A stretch of DNA of 64,000 nucleotides from an uncultured Candidatus Saccharibacteria bacterium (GCA_964510235.1 CAZEBF010000001.1:13001-77000), one strand, 5' to 3'. Numbered from the stretch's first letter, positions 17,801-26,155 are shown. The notes: generated from the sequence alone by a model not told the origin. Translations and numbers: made by a program.

Positions 17801-20329
17801 ACTACCAAAGGTGAAGCCATCAAGATCTTGTGGGATTGCAACTCGCAAAGTTCTCGTAGCGCTGTTGTTCGGCATAACTTCAAAGCGCAGTTCACTACCA
17901 CCGCTGCCACTGGCAAAATCTTGTGAGGCAAAGGCTGTTATACCAGCCGAGTGATAGGCATTGTTGCTTGCGTCATATGCGCCACCTAGCAGTATGTAGC
18001 CTAAGCGGTCGCCTGAAGAAGTCGCCGCGCCGTCGTCTTGTATGCCGATGATGCCTGAGCCGCCAGTTGATGAAGAGGTGGCGGTCTGAATGAAGGCTGA
18101 CTGTACTGCGCCAGCACCTCTAACTGTTAGGTTGGCGGCGCTCAAGTACTGGTTGCCCGAACCTACCACCAAAGATCCGTCGCTCTTTACACTCCCCAAC
18201 ACAGTGCCAGAGCTATTCTGCCACTCTTGAAGGTTGGCAGTTTGACTGCCTGAACCACGCACAACTAACCCTTTAACATCTGTATTGGTATATACACTCA
18301 GACGCACACCGCTCAGTGGCGTCTGGTTACCAACAGATATCTGTTCGGTGGAAACAATGTCGCCATCAGCGGCAATTGCTGACAATACAGTGCCAGTACT
18401 ACTCTGCCACTCTTGAAGGTTGGCAGTTTGCGAGGCTAAGCCTTGGATTACCAACGGTTTGGCGGTCGTGGCAGAGGCGGTGATTATGGTGTTGGCTAAG
18501 TTGTCTACTGTGGTAGGAGTGTTGACACGTAATTTCTCGTTTGTGCCGCCCGTCAAGGAGTAGGCGCCAAACTGAGCGCCATATGACGAGGTTAGGCGCA
18601 GCTTAACCGAGCCGTTTGAACTGAGGTCAAGGTACTCATTCGCGCTTACGTAGGTTAATACTGTTCGCGCCTGGCCGCTACCGCCAAGTCCGTATAAGAT
18701 TGCTCCGTTACTGCCCACCCAGATTGGCGCGGTTGAGACTAACTGGTTAGATGAGTTCACGCCAAACGTGTAGTCGGCACTATTTGCCGCATTACGCCAG
18801 GCAATATTCTCTGCATTTGCCAGGCGGACAAAACCGGATGAAGCTGGTGTGCCCGTCGACACCAAACCTGGCGCATAAATGTACCCATTAGAAGCAACAC
18901 GCATTAATATCGAACCGGCATCGTTCTGCCATTCCTGGAGGTTGGCGGTTTGGCTGGTGGCACCACGAACCACCAAACCTTTGCTTCCCGCTGTTGAAGA
19001 ACCAATCAAAACTGTTGCATCTTCTGTAGTTGGACTGTTTACTGTCAACCGAGTATTGGTATTAACGGTACCAGTTGTATTGATGGCAAGCCTAGTATTA
19101 AGCTTAACTGCAGCTATCGTGTCAGCGTTTGCCGATAAAGTTGACGAATTACTACCTTGCCACAAGAACTGTATTGAACCACCAAAGTCACTAAACCCAC
19201 CCGAACTCAGAACCAGGCCACTACGATAACTTGCACCAGAATTGTAGTATCCGCCTATCTGGAGCGAGCCGCCGGCCGAACCGCTTGCATCGACCGCATT
19301 CGATAGCCGTAAAACCCCTGCGCTGAAGCGATTAAGGACTGCGTCACTGGCACTACCAAAGCGAATAGCGCCACTTGAGCTAACTGAAGTTAGTACCGCG
19401 CCCGTGCTATCCTGCCATTCCTGGAGGTTGGCGGTTTGGCCAGATGCACCCTGTACGCTTAAACCAGCGAAGCTTGCATCTGTACTAGTAACCTGCAAAC
19501 TTGCAGTTGGCGCAGGACTGTTAACCCCAACACGCTTATTTGACGTATCAACGCTAAATATCGTTGATAATCCTGTCGCATTCTTAACTTGTACCGCAGT
19601 AACCGAGTCTGTCTGTGGCTTAAATAATAGGTACCCTGCGTTATCTAGGACGAGCACGTCACTGCCTCCACGCTGTAACTTAAGTATGTCTCCTGTGGCG
19701 CCTGTCTTATTAATGCCGATTGAACCATTAGTCGTCGAATCAACCTGCAAGGAAGCCTGTCCAAGCTGAATCAGCTCATCCTTGGATAGGCCACCAAGTT
19801 TTTTTGCATTCTTTGCGTATGGGGTGGCGCTAAATCTAGTAAACGGCAACATTTCACCATCCCATGACGGACTGGCCGTTCCGCCTACGTCAATTGAGAG
19901 CCATAGGGTGTCTTGATTCCAGTCAACATCATTACCAAAGGGAGTTACCGACCCGAGGTATACTGAAAAATAACCGTTCTTAACCCTAACTTTGTCAGTG
20001 CTGACCCGAGTCTCAGTCCACTCAAGCGTACCGCTACAAGGTGAAGTACCTGATACTTCACAACCATCACCATCCTGATATACCTTAAATCGCAAATTAT
20101 AGAAGCCATCTGGCACAACTGCACCTGTATCATCTAGTAATCGAGCCTGGAAGTTCAACTGCTCGTTAATACCTGCAGAATTAACGGTCTGCCCCTGTTG
20201 CTGTGAGCGATAAAAACCAATCACACCAGATATAAACATGAGCCCTATGGCGCACAGGATGAGTGGATTCCAGAAATTGACTCTTACTCTCATTTGTTCT
20301 CTATGTGTATTAAGTAACCTTAACCACAT
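11804..20329 (-). CDS. Giant 2841-aa cell-surface protein. N-terminal signal/anchor, five QTANLQEWQ-containing repeat modules, a LamG/concanavalin-like domain, and a beta-rich, Gly/Thr/Ser-rich body.
   Basis: One uninterrupted ORF. The N-terminal hydrophobic segment is LILCAIGLMFISGVIGFY. The GLVV(R/Q)G..(S/G)QTANLQEWQxxxGxVL module occurs five times. FSVSAWFRHS...GxWHHVAAV resembles a LamG domain. Confidence 0.8.
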   Translation of the reverse strand: MWLRLLNTHREQMRVRVNFWNPLILCAIGLMFISGVIGFYRSQQQGQTVNSAGINEQLNFQARLLDDTGAVVPDGFYNLRFKVYQDGDGCEVSGTSPCSGTLEWTETRVSTDKVRVKNGYFSVYLGSVTPFGNDVDWNQDTLWLSIDVGGTASPSWDGEMLPFTRFSATPYAKNAKKLGGLSKDELIQLGQASLQVDSTTNGSIGINKTGATGDILKLQRGGSDVLVLDNAGYLLFKPQTDSVTAVQVKNATGLSTIFSVDTSNKRVGVNSPAPTASLQVTSTDASFAGLSVQGASGQTANLQEWQDSTGAVLTSVSSSGAIRFGSASDAVLNRFSAGVLRLSNAVDASGSAGGSLQIGGYYNSGASYRSGLVLSSGGFSDFGGSIQFLWQGSNSSTLSANADTIAAVKLNTRLAINTTGTVNTNTRLTVNSPTTEDATVLIGSSTAGSKGLVVRGATSQTANLQEWQNDAGSILMRVASNGYIYAPGLVSTGTPASSGFVRLANAENIAWRNAANSADYTFGVNSSNQLVSTAPIWVGSNGAILYGLGGSGQARTVLTYVSANEYLDLSSNGSVKLRLTSSYGAQFGAYSLTGGTNEKLRVNTPTTVDNLANTIITASATTAKPLVIQGLASQTANLQEWQSSTGTVLSAIAADGDIVSTEQISVGNQTPLSGVRLSVYTNTDVKGLVVRGSGSQTANLQEWQNSSGTVLGSVKSDGSLVVGSGNQYLSAANLTVRGAGAVQSAFIQTATSSSTGGSGIIGIQDDGAATSSGDRLGYILLGGAYDASNNAYHSAGITAFASQDFASGSGGSELRFEVMPNNSATRTLRVAIPQDLDGFTFGSTGDVNLYRSGADLLRTDDSLTVAGSALRVATASGGLVYISNNLALESTGTTLRLGEGFTEVLNRSSAGRFTFGTSGDTNLYRSSANILTTDGSFRVQGGAATDTSLVIGNGGNPSRLNLGYSSNYGSITSNGNIINVADQDGNTSGNYFSWGFDGSSTTYTEMMRFSDGGQLGLNATSYGTNNKLTVNANNTADDAAAVQFNSNAVGRKGLVVQGFAGQTANLQEWQNSAGTVLASVGATGNTLFNPSAASVDAFRVQSAGANVLQVDTAARSGSGGNLVKVGNSTGTDSDTTILQLDAATADPTSNLSALNGGLFYDSTLNKVKIIENGVVKTVCNTTDAGCGAGGSGARLDQVTAATTGASINNADNNVVWNWQLTAAESGFTFTENAASTGGGTQDQFITDMATLTGSTASPLRVTSASVDAADVVFNLASAGDIEFQDNGTAFMTLSDAGAYTYTLDATDNPAYTITNNGSGNVVTNLAGTGDFIVQDNGTAVLTIADSGEIDTALTSTNTTASDEYSLKVTVSDTGVVNTGTDSTYGQRIAVTRTGATGGTINSYGLDILNNTDNSGAGTATAYGINAFAGGASTGTNAEYLYGIRGGASAVLTGGVTMAVGVRGEVASFLFGGTITEGAGLQGHLNLTGGGTLTDGYGLHIQSASISSSTITSNYGVFVEAQTNGTSDYGVAIEAADTQTLWLSSNANNTTASAGIAFGSSRDTTLYRSDVATLKTDGTFQVGSASAAGQIDLYGDLVKKGITKQTGLTGITDVHVYDTTKDSDTGAWTNSPTSQSLSWYTETKNDGFGDACNIASDTRCGSSGFPKKAIIVSTTSAVYIFDANDYKMFMKFNQNAAGYAIGVDTNNDPSSVFALNGVVYVGANGASAGGMYAIDFTQDRMYNYNTTDRDQGDKNIANRNTAVTYNLDSRTALAIRHNAVNAVHGSVLYGSSSIETNGGPGNGKTFIAAATDDSISVVNLSEQKTLDYGDNLTDQFSAVYVTKRGRLYGLNVTLSQVERYGTQANGTVGIDVAKADQATPSDLFDEAAGNLPNVANGAAAPTFAVGAPDALKVVERASMADDAADLLYVGHSAGLTEVHDVNVPSGTVIGWSKHYNTSRETSYMTGTQRGMFSFDNLSGDLTDSTIRNSVLEPEVAPTYGVNGVHGTGLRFNGTSQFLCSDANNDGTCDTDADFNVAALSFSVSAWFRHSTAIAGTDVLIDKRFSALGGTEGAGYTVEMNSSGSIVFGIQDTAATAAYDDSVTSTQTYNDGQWHHVAAVNTDTGLCLYIDGKQASTCDTALAATLTLDASQILTIGADGSGAAGGNFWDGDIDDVYFSGGGATVSDTLTQAQIRKIYLEGRGALAKPSTVVTAATTFSSTTIGDSAETYVPNSFVGSFVEITAGTGAGQSRRVIANDGTTLTVSPAWTVTPSTDSDYEVIPEKLYGDTNIVTSIGLNNTNFLGSNPDLYVGTSNGTDGGAVSVFSGYANAFVSNVYHSDTGVTDSSGASWTGADADDIDALSVENGIVVMGSSANLWLEKSDRNLEQDMDRFFNNISSIRGELIVDGMAGVSSEVGGVGGADLAERFTSFDSLVPGDIVSMQDNSVGEVVPSSKPYDDKTLGIVATNPGLIIGPQEENSYPIALSGRVPVKVLIKPGESIKSGDRITSSTVAGYGMKAVGAGRVVGTVLEDLNTETLIDCPDGSPAGARCGTVMVFVNLVDYNGQRVEVAMEEFGNGGFTMPDTVLGPLVNLQEGVLADKLKKSDDIIRYLIGRKQQQAPGEDNSEILTDRVSAYEINGVSINAKDITADSIKANKIEGLEVLVGKLTSRPKAATEAGGSELTEASVNLDDFVVKTAKVGESLTVEGALFANGALKVVGPVEFLNTSVFHRMATFVDSVIFRNDVEIEGRLTQNNDAAGFATIYKTQKKVVIKFEKPYDDTPVVTVNIKNGKFAQFAYDDLTKEGFTIILPEDATQDIEFAWTAVSVKDAKTIDVPVPPVKN

Positions 20330-20449
20330 TGTATCTTGTAGAGTCTACAACGACAAGGGAAATACCCCTGTTATAGCCATGAGTTATCCACAAGCTATAA
20401 CTGAACAGTTTTGTTGTTCGATGTACAAAATTTGAGAGTTTTAGAAAGA

Positions 20450-21604
20450 CTAGTGAACAGCTTTTTTATTAATCGAGTGGATAGCGACTCGTTCTCCGAG
20501 CCAAAAGCACAGTGTTAGAATACTAACGACGACAAAGACCGGGTAGGCCCGGTTCACACCATCTACAAGTTGGTTCTGGAATATACAGACTGCGTCTTGT
20601 TGGCAACGCTGAGATAGTGTGCCTGTTGATGACAGGTTAACTTCTTTAACTCCATCTACGATCACAACTGTCTGAAAGATCACTTTAGATCCATTGATAT
20701 CGGTTACTTCAATGATGACACGGTACTGGCCAGGTTTATCATATTGACGCGTCAAAGTGTACTCACCCGCCTCATCATAGACTCGTGTAGTTTGCCGTCC
20801 ATCACCCCACCTGATAAGTACGCTGTATGGACCCTGCCCACCAACAATGGTAAACGAAACACGAGCTTCCTTCTTAACCTGATCAACCCGGAAGTAGCCT
20901 TTAGAGGTCACCAGTAGGTCGGCTGGAGCTTGACCCACTGTACCGGTATTTGGCGGATTTGGACTATTAGTACCAGGTGTTTGTGGGTCAGTCGGGTTCA
21001 AAACTGGCGCGTCGTAAAATACTGTAGTGGTAGTGGAGTCTGGACCGTACTGGCTAATCACATCTCGAGTTCTTGCCACCAACGCATTGCTACCAGTGAT
21101 TAGTGTCACTATCAGGCTAAATGTCCCTGTGGGGCTACACACTACTGAACCAGCTAAATCACCGTTGCGATACAACTCTACAATAAAATCATGGTCACAG
21201 GTTCCCTCTATGGTTACAGTGTTGGCAGTAAATTGCTGTCCGTTAATCGGCTGCTGGATTACAGCAGGTACTGATGGAGGTGAACCAGGCACCAGTCCTG
21301 ACAACTGAATATCTCCAGATTCGGTAGCACCCTGAACAACAGTGTGTCGCACGAACATCAGGCAGCCCATCGTAAACAGTATCAAAAAAAAGATGAGTGC
21401 ATACGAAGTCTGGTGATACGGTAATCGCTTACCAGTGTGAGTATGATGGCTGTAGTGAACCGGCCTACGCTTAGGGTGTGGGTGAGCTTTGGCATGACGC
21501 ACCTGGCTAGTTGAAGCCGTTCGAGATTTATTTCTTCGTGCTACCATTGTTCTTCGAGCGACCTTGCGCCTTCTTAACAATGTAGCGATTGTAGCGTCGG
21601 ACAA
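20450..21604 (-). CDS. Membrane protein with a long basic cytoplasmic N-terminus and an Ig-like/beta-sandwich-looking ectodomain.
   Basis: An Arg/Lys/His-rich N-terminus is followed by a TM helix (YALIFFLILFTMGCLMFV) and a Thr/Pro/Gly-rich extracellular region. It overlaps the upstream gene, so the true start is probably internal. Confidence 0.45.
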   Translation of the reverse strand: MSDATIATLLRRRKVARRTMVARRNKSRTASTSQVRHAKAHPHPKRRPVHYSHHTHTGKRLPYHQTSYALIFFLILFTMGCLMFVRHTVVQGATESGDIQLSGLVPGSPPSVPAVIQQPINGQQFTANTVTIEGTCDHDFIVELYRNGDLAGSVVCSPTGTFSLIVTLITGSNALVARTRDVISQYGPDSTTTTVFYDAPVLNPTDPQTPGTNSPNPPNTGTVGQAPADLLVTSKGYFRVDQVKKEARVSFTIVGGQGPYSVLIRWGDGRQTTRVYDEAGEYTLTRQYDKPGQYRVIIEVTDINGSKVIFQTVVIVDGVKEVNLSSTGTLSQRCQQDAVCIFQNQLVDGVNRAYPVFVVVSILTLCFWLGERVAIHSINKKAVH

Positions 21605-22526
21605 AGAATACGATCAGAACGATGGCTAGAATAACCAGAGCAATTAACTTATACGGTATTACCCAGAAAGTTATGGAATCAGATACGATAGTATTTCTCT
21701 CTCCATATACAACATCAGCCTGAACAGTATATCGACCAAACAGTAACTTATCGCTCAGTTCTTGTTCGAACTTTCGTGTACTACCTGGCAAGACGTTACC
21801 GCCATTTTCGTTAAGAGCGAAAGTTGTTACTTCACGTCCGAACATATTGCTTACCCTGATCGAACCAGTTGGTTTAAAGAATACGTTACCTGTGTTTGTG
21901 ATTCGCTCAGCAATTGTAACTGGTCCATATTCAAACATATTCCTTTTCTTACCGTTCTGTGCTGTATACATTTCACTTATGACAGCCTGCTCCGTTGTAT
22001 CACCTGATACATTCACAAGCATAAGAGTACCGACACTTGCTGATAATGAGACTCCTGTGTCTTCAAGTTCAGGTGGTGTGCCTGTAAACCGAATAACCCC
22101 AAAGTGACCACCTGGACTGGCATTGTCAGGAACGCGCAACGTTACCTTGACTGACTTTTGCTCACCCTTTTTTAGCGTTATTGCTGGAATTGAAACGATC
22201 CAAGATTTGATTGAATATGGACTTTCCTCTTCCGCATCTAACAGCAGCTTTGGTTGACCATCTTCACCGTTAGCTACAAAGTCATTAATCTGTGACTTTA
22301 TTACGAGAGTATCCTGTGTGACATTGCGAACACGGATAGTAGAATTGATTACCTTGCCTGGATCTGCTTTTAATTCAATCAGAGGAGGCGAAATCTCCAA
22401 CCCCTGTCCACTTTGGCCATGCGCAATATCGGGCGTTATAAACATAAGCAACAAGATAGAAGCACTTGCAACAATACTCAACACTCTCTTCATATCAGTT
22501 GATGTCCCTCTTCCCCAAACTCTCAT
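21528..22526 (-). CDS. DUF916/CscA-like cell-surface protein with a signal peptide and a C-terminal TM anchor.
   Basis: The likely true start is MKRVLSIVASASILLLMFITPDIAHGQ, near 22493. The C-terminus is LIALVILAIVLIVFFV followed by the basic tail RRYNRYIVKK...KK. The overall layout matches DUF916 proteins. Confidence 0.4.
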   Translation of the reverse strand: MRVWGRGTSTDMKRVLSIVASASILLLMFITPDIAHGQSGQGLEISPPLIELKADPGKVINSTIRVRNVTQDTLVIKSQINDFVANGEDGQPKLLLDAEEESPYSIKSWIVSIPAITLKKGEQKSVKVTLRVPDNASPGGHFGVIRFTGTPPELEDTGVSLSASVGTLMLVNVSGDTTEQAVISEMYTAQNGKKRNMFEYGPVTIAERITNTGNVFFKPTGSIRVSNMFGREVTTFALNENGGNVLPGSTRKFEQELSDKLLFGRYTVQADVVYGERNTIVSDSITFWVIPYKLIALVILAIVLIVFFVRRYNRYIVKKAQGRSKNNGSTKK

Positions 22527-22548
22527 TGGTAACAGTATATCAGATTAA

Positions 22549-23625
22549 CTAGAACGTTGCGGTTGCAATGTATGTCATTGTCGCAGTATACGTACCGGCC
22601 TCCGTTGCAGTATCGATATTAGCAATGTAGGCTACCTGATAACGACGAAATGACTCAGACGTGCCCTTGCTCGCAACACTATCAGCCGTAACAAACCGGA
22701 ACTGATCGACAGTGTTATAGCTCGCTGCTGGCGTACCCGAGCCCGCACCGTCAGGGTCGGCACCAATATTCGGTGTAGCGTTGTCGCGCAGGTTCATTCC
22801 GAACTGCTCAGTTCCTGTTGTTGACGCAGTTTGAGACGCAAGTGCCGAAATAGTATTACCACCCGAAGTAAGCGTTGCTCCATTAACAGTAATCGCATAG
22901 CCACTTCCCCCGTTTGTACCTACACCCATCTGCGACAAACCAGTACCAGTAGTGCTTGCAGTTAGCGTTCCGAGAGCCACGGCGGAACCGGTCGCACCAG
23001 CACAGCTACTTGTTGTAATGCCACTCGTACCGGTACAAAAAGTAAGCGTCTCGTCAACAGTGGCGCTCACAGTGATTTGTTGGGCTGTACTTGCAGCGAC
23101 GGTACCGGTATCAACTGCTGTTGTCCAGGCGGCGTCAGAAAAAGTACTAATACGTGCGAAGAATGTGGTGTTTTGAGCTGTAGGGTTGGTGACTCCGCCA
23201 AAGACAACAGTCTGAGATCCGGTTGGCGCTGCAACGTTACCGCTCTTCGATATACGCAGACTGCCTGCGGTTACAGTACTCACCGTCCAACCGGAGGCGT
23301 CACCAAGGTTGGTTGGCTGTGAGGCGAGTGTTGAGCTAGAGTTAACAAAACCTGATGGAATGGAACATGCTCCCGAGGCAGTCGTACAAATCTGGGCTTG
23401 CATTGATTGGATTACAGTAGCGGAAGGTACAGTAAAATTAAACGTATAGGTAACGCCCGTGCCTGCACCGGCGGAATTAGAGAGAGTCAACTTGCGAGCG
23501 GTTATTTGAGCTGCTGAAACCTGAGCATTAAAGACAGACTGTAACGCAACCATCGCCAAGACAATGGCGATTACTATATAGGTTATTCGTTGGACTTTCT
23601 GCTGTGTCTGTGCAAATTTGGACAT
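22549..23625 (-). CDS. Secreted Thr/Ser/Gly/Ala-rich surface protein, paralogue A.
   Basis: It has a signal peptide. Its C-terminal block TEQFGMNL..N..P...YNT..FRFV...YIANIDTATEAGTYTATMTYIATATF is shared with the next gene. Confidence 0.5.
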   Translation of the reverse strand: MSKFAQTQQKVQRITYIVIAIVLAMVALQSVFNAQVSAAQITARKLTLSNSAGAGTGVTYTFNFTVPSATVIQSMQAQICTTASGACSIPSGFVNSSSTLASQPTNLGDASGWTVSTVTAGSLRISKSGNVAAPTGSQTVVFGGVTNPTAQNTTFFARISTFSDAAWTTAVDTGTVAASTAQQITVSATVDETLTFCTGTSGITTSSCAGATGSAVALGTLTASTTGTGLSQMGVGTNGGSGYAITVNGATLTSGGNTISALASQTASTTGTEQFGMNLRDNATPNIGADPDGAGSGTPAASYNTVDQFRFVTADSVASKGTSESFRRYQVAYIANIDTATEAGTYTATMTYIATATF

Positions 23626-23691
23626 GTTTGATTGTTACCTTAAGTGCTTTGCTAAATTGTACAATACATCATAAGCATAAACAACGACTTT

Positions 23692-24432
23692 CTAATATGT
23701 TCCTGTGCAAACAAGCGTCTGATTACCACTGTAACTTCCGCCTGCAGTGGTGTTAGCAGCGTTAATAATATACGACATAGTGTACTCGGTTAAGCCAGAG
23801 CTCGCTGCCGCTGAGGCTATCGTTTCACCTGCGACATACCGAAAGTTGTTGGCCGTATTGTAGTTACCCGCGGCTGTACCGGATGAAAAACTACTATCTG
23901 GCGTCTGTACAGGGTTGGCGCCAAACGTTGTTGGCGAAGTGTTAGCAACGAGATTAACACCAAACTGCTCAGTACCGGGCACCGATGGCCCAGTTGAGCT
24001 CATGCCGGCCAACGTATAGACACCTGTACTGGGCGGATTGCCGACTATTTGCACGATATATCCGTATGACGTGTAATTCAGGACACTAAATGTTGCGGTT
24101 GCAGTGGCCGTAACGGAGGTAGAAAGAGCACCAAAGTTGACATTCGCCGTGTCGACCGTACAGCTCAGTGATGGATCATTAGTAGTCACCGGGCCACTAT
24201 CAGCCCTGAAGTTTGTCGAGCCACTTGGCCCACCGCCAACGCCGTTAACTGCTTGCTGACCGGGGGCTGTACCGTAATTAGTAGAAGAACTTTCTAGGCT
24301 TCCACCCGGTCCAATAAAGGATTCGTCTATCTTAAAGTTGCTCGATGAACTCTGGGCAGACGCCAGGGTGCCACCAAAACAGAGCATAGAAACCACCAAG
24401 CAAACCCCTTCTAGAATCTTTCTCATGTACAA
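23692..24432 (-). CDS. Secreted Thr/Ser/Gly-rich surface protein, paralogue B.
   Basis: It has the signal peptide MRKILEGVCLVVSMLCFGGTLASAQ. Its C-terminal block TEQFGVNL...YNTANNFRYV...YIINAAN...GSYSGNQTLVCTGTY aligns with paralogue A. Confidence 0.5.
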   Translation of the reverse strand: MYMRKILEGVCLVVSMLCFGGTLASAQSSSSNFKIDESFIGPGGSLESSSTNYGTAPGQQAVNGVGGGPSGSTNFRADSGPVTTNDPSLSCTVDTANVNFGALSTSVTATATATFSVLNYTSYGYIVQIVGNPPSTGVYTLAGMSSTGPSVPGTEQFGVNLVANTSPTTFGANPVQTPDSSFSSGTAAGNYNTANNFRYVAGETIASAAASSGLTEYTMSYIINAANTTAGGSYSGNQTLVCTGTY

Positions 24433-24485
24433 ATCATTATACGGAGTTGGTCACGACAACGCAAAGCGCTCACGCTTGCAAGGCA

Positions 24486-25577
24486 CTAGTTAACGCTAAT
24501 GTAGACGCGGGCAGCTTGCTTATCTTTGAGGTCGTTGATATAGGTTTCGAGATTTTTGAAGTTAAAGACAACGTGCGCACCTTCGACTTTGTCTTCGTTC
24601 TTACTGATGGTCTTTACAATTTCCAGGCTATAACCAGTGTTAATAATCCCTGAGGTCTCGCCAGCATTGAGTCGAAACAGTGCATCCGTCGTCTGAGCAT
24701 TAATATCGCGATTTGACCGATCAATAGCAAAACCAAATGTACCACCGCGTGCTTTGCTAACCTCATCCTCTGAGTACTGTCGGGCTACGTCCTCAAACTT
24801 ACTACCATTTGTTAACAGCGCCAAAGCCTTCTCGGCGCGAGCCTGAGTGTCGGTATCAATCGCGGCTATGACTTTTTGCTCCAACAACCGTTGCTTGATA
24901 ACACGGCGAAAATCATCTACGGACCAGCCGAAGTTTTGCTTAAGCGCTTCCTCGTAGGCCTGTTCACTACCACCTAAACGGTTTTGACGTCGGAGCAGTG
25001 TAATCTGGTCTTCTACCTCTGTATTGCTGACACTAACATTGTTCTGTTTGGCCAATTCTTTGACGTAGGCATCATTAACTACCTTATCTATGGCTCGTTT
25101 TTTGTACTCCGCAAGCTGCTGTTGACCGGCTTCGGAGTTAAAGTCGAGCTTCTGTTGATTCTCATAGAAATAGATGTAGTGACGTAGTTCAAACAGATAG
25201 TTCTCGTAGGCCACAAAGCGTGAGCCGGTCTTGGCAATTGGGAACGGCACTACTTGTGTGACACGATACATAAAGCTCGATGTTGTCTCGAATCGATACA
25301 AGGCTGCTACTGAATAACTGAGGAAAATCACCGCTGCGGCGATAATGAGAGCAGTCGATATCATTACAATACGGTGTTTGGAATGCTGCAGTGGATATAT
25401 ATACTTACGGGCACTTCCTAGAACCTCTTCGCGGTGAGCGGCAACTGTCTCGTTTGTAATAGGACCTGACTTTGGAGCGTCAGGCGTCGACTTTTTGCGA
25501 TTCAGTATCTTCTTAATTTTCTTCTTCATAATCCTCTTCTTGGACGTCGTCATCTTGCAAATAGGTTTCCACCCCAT
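24486..25577 (-). CDS. Parvulin-type peptidyl-prolyl isomerase, PrsA/SurA-like and membrane-anchored.
   Basis: It has an N-terminal TM helix, a SurA-N-like domain and a PpiC rotamase block (GGTFGFAIDRS...). Confidence 0.65.
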   Translation of the reverse strand: MGWKPICKMTTSKKRIMKKKIKKILNRKKSTPDAPKSGPITNETVAAHREEVLGSARKYIYPLQHSKHRIVMISTALIIAAAVIFLSYSVAALYRFETTSSFMYRVTQVVPFPIAKTGSRFVAYENYLFELRHYIYFYENQQKLDFNSEAGQQQLAEYKKRAIDKVVNDAYVKELAKQNNVSVSNTEVEDQITLLRRQNRLGGSEQAYEEALKQNFGWSVDDFRRVIKQRLLEQKVIAAIDTDTQARAEKALALLTNGSKFEDVARQYSEDEVSKARGGTFGFAIDRSNRDINAQTTDALFRLNAGETSGIINTGYSLEIVKTISKNEDKVEGAHVVFNFKNLETYINDLKDKQAARVYISVN

Positions 25578-26133
25578 GTTCGCGTAAGATCAACGCTATT
25601 TGCTTTACGACTTTGGCGGGATGATGGATATCTTTGATAACCAGGTCACCGATATACGTCTGTATAAGTATTGTACCAAATCTCAGCAGGGTTTCCTGCA
25701 TACCCGAGATTTCGTAGTTGAGTGATTTTATCTGCTGCAAACTGATATCAACGACTGACTTATGGAACAGGCCCTTCTGACTGATCTGGATGAGTCGCTG
25801 GTCAGTCACAATAAATACACTGAAGTACCAGGCAATCCAAGCTGGCGCGAACAGCACAATCATCAGAATGAAACCAGCTGCCAGACCGCCAAAAAAATAG
25901 CTGTACTCTGGTTTAACTAACGCTGGTAAAGTACCGAGTAGCAGACCAAGCATGCCAAAGATCAGCCCTTTACGCATTACCACAGGGTGACGACGAAATA
26001 CTAATAGAACGTCTTCGTCATCAAACTGATCATCGAAGTACTTCTGTTTTTCTGGTTCGGTGTGCGATTTTGCAGCGTTCTTGCCAGCTTTTGCCATAGC
26101 ACTAGCGTAATCGTTTTGACAGGAATAGTCCAC
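25513..26133 (-). CDS. Membrane protein with a bacterial PH-like domain (YdbS/YdbT-like, DUF304).
   Basis: Two TM helices are followed by a PH-like segment (LLVFRRHPVVM...). Confidence 0.35.
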   Translation of the reverse strand: MDYSCQNDYASAMAKAGKNAAKSHTEPEKQKYFDDQFDDEDVLLVFRRHPVVMRKGLIFGMLGLLLGTLPALVKPEYSYFFGGLAAGFILMIVLFAPAWIAWYFSVFIVTDQRLIQISQKGLFHKSVVDISLQQIKSLNYEISGMQETLLRFGTILIQTYIGDLVIKDIHHPAKVVKQIALILREHGVETYLQDDDVQEEDYEEEN

Positions 26134-26155
26134 CCGTTAGAGTAGCCAACTATCT

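Noticed and set aside
12045-19769. Antisense plus-strand ORFs inside the giant gene, including the recurring CHSWRLAVW peptides
   Set aside because: They are reverse-frame translations of the QTANLQEWQ repeat DNA. Their conservation is explained by the sense-strand repeat, not by a second gene.
11804-24432. Prophage or phage-tail module interpretation of the giant protein and its neighbours
   Set aside because: The window has no terminase, portal, capsid, tail-tube or integrase-adjacent att signature. The tail-fibre-like features are limited to general beta-rich architecture.
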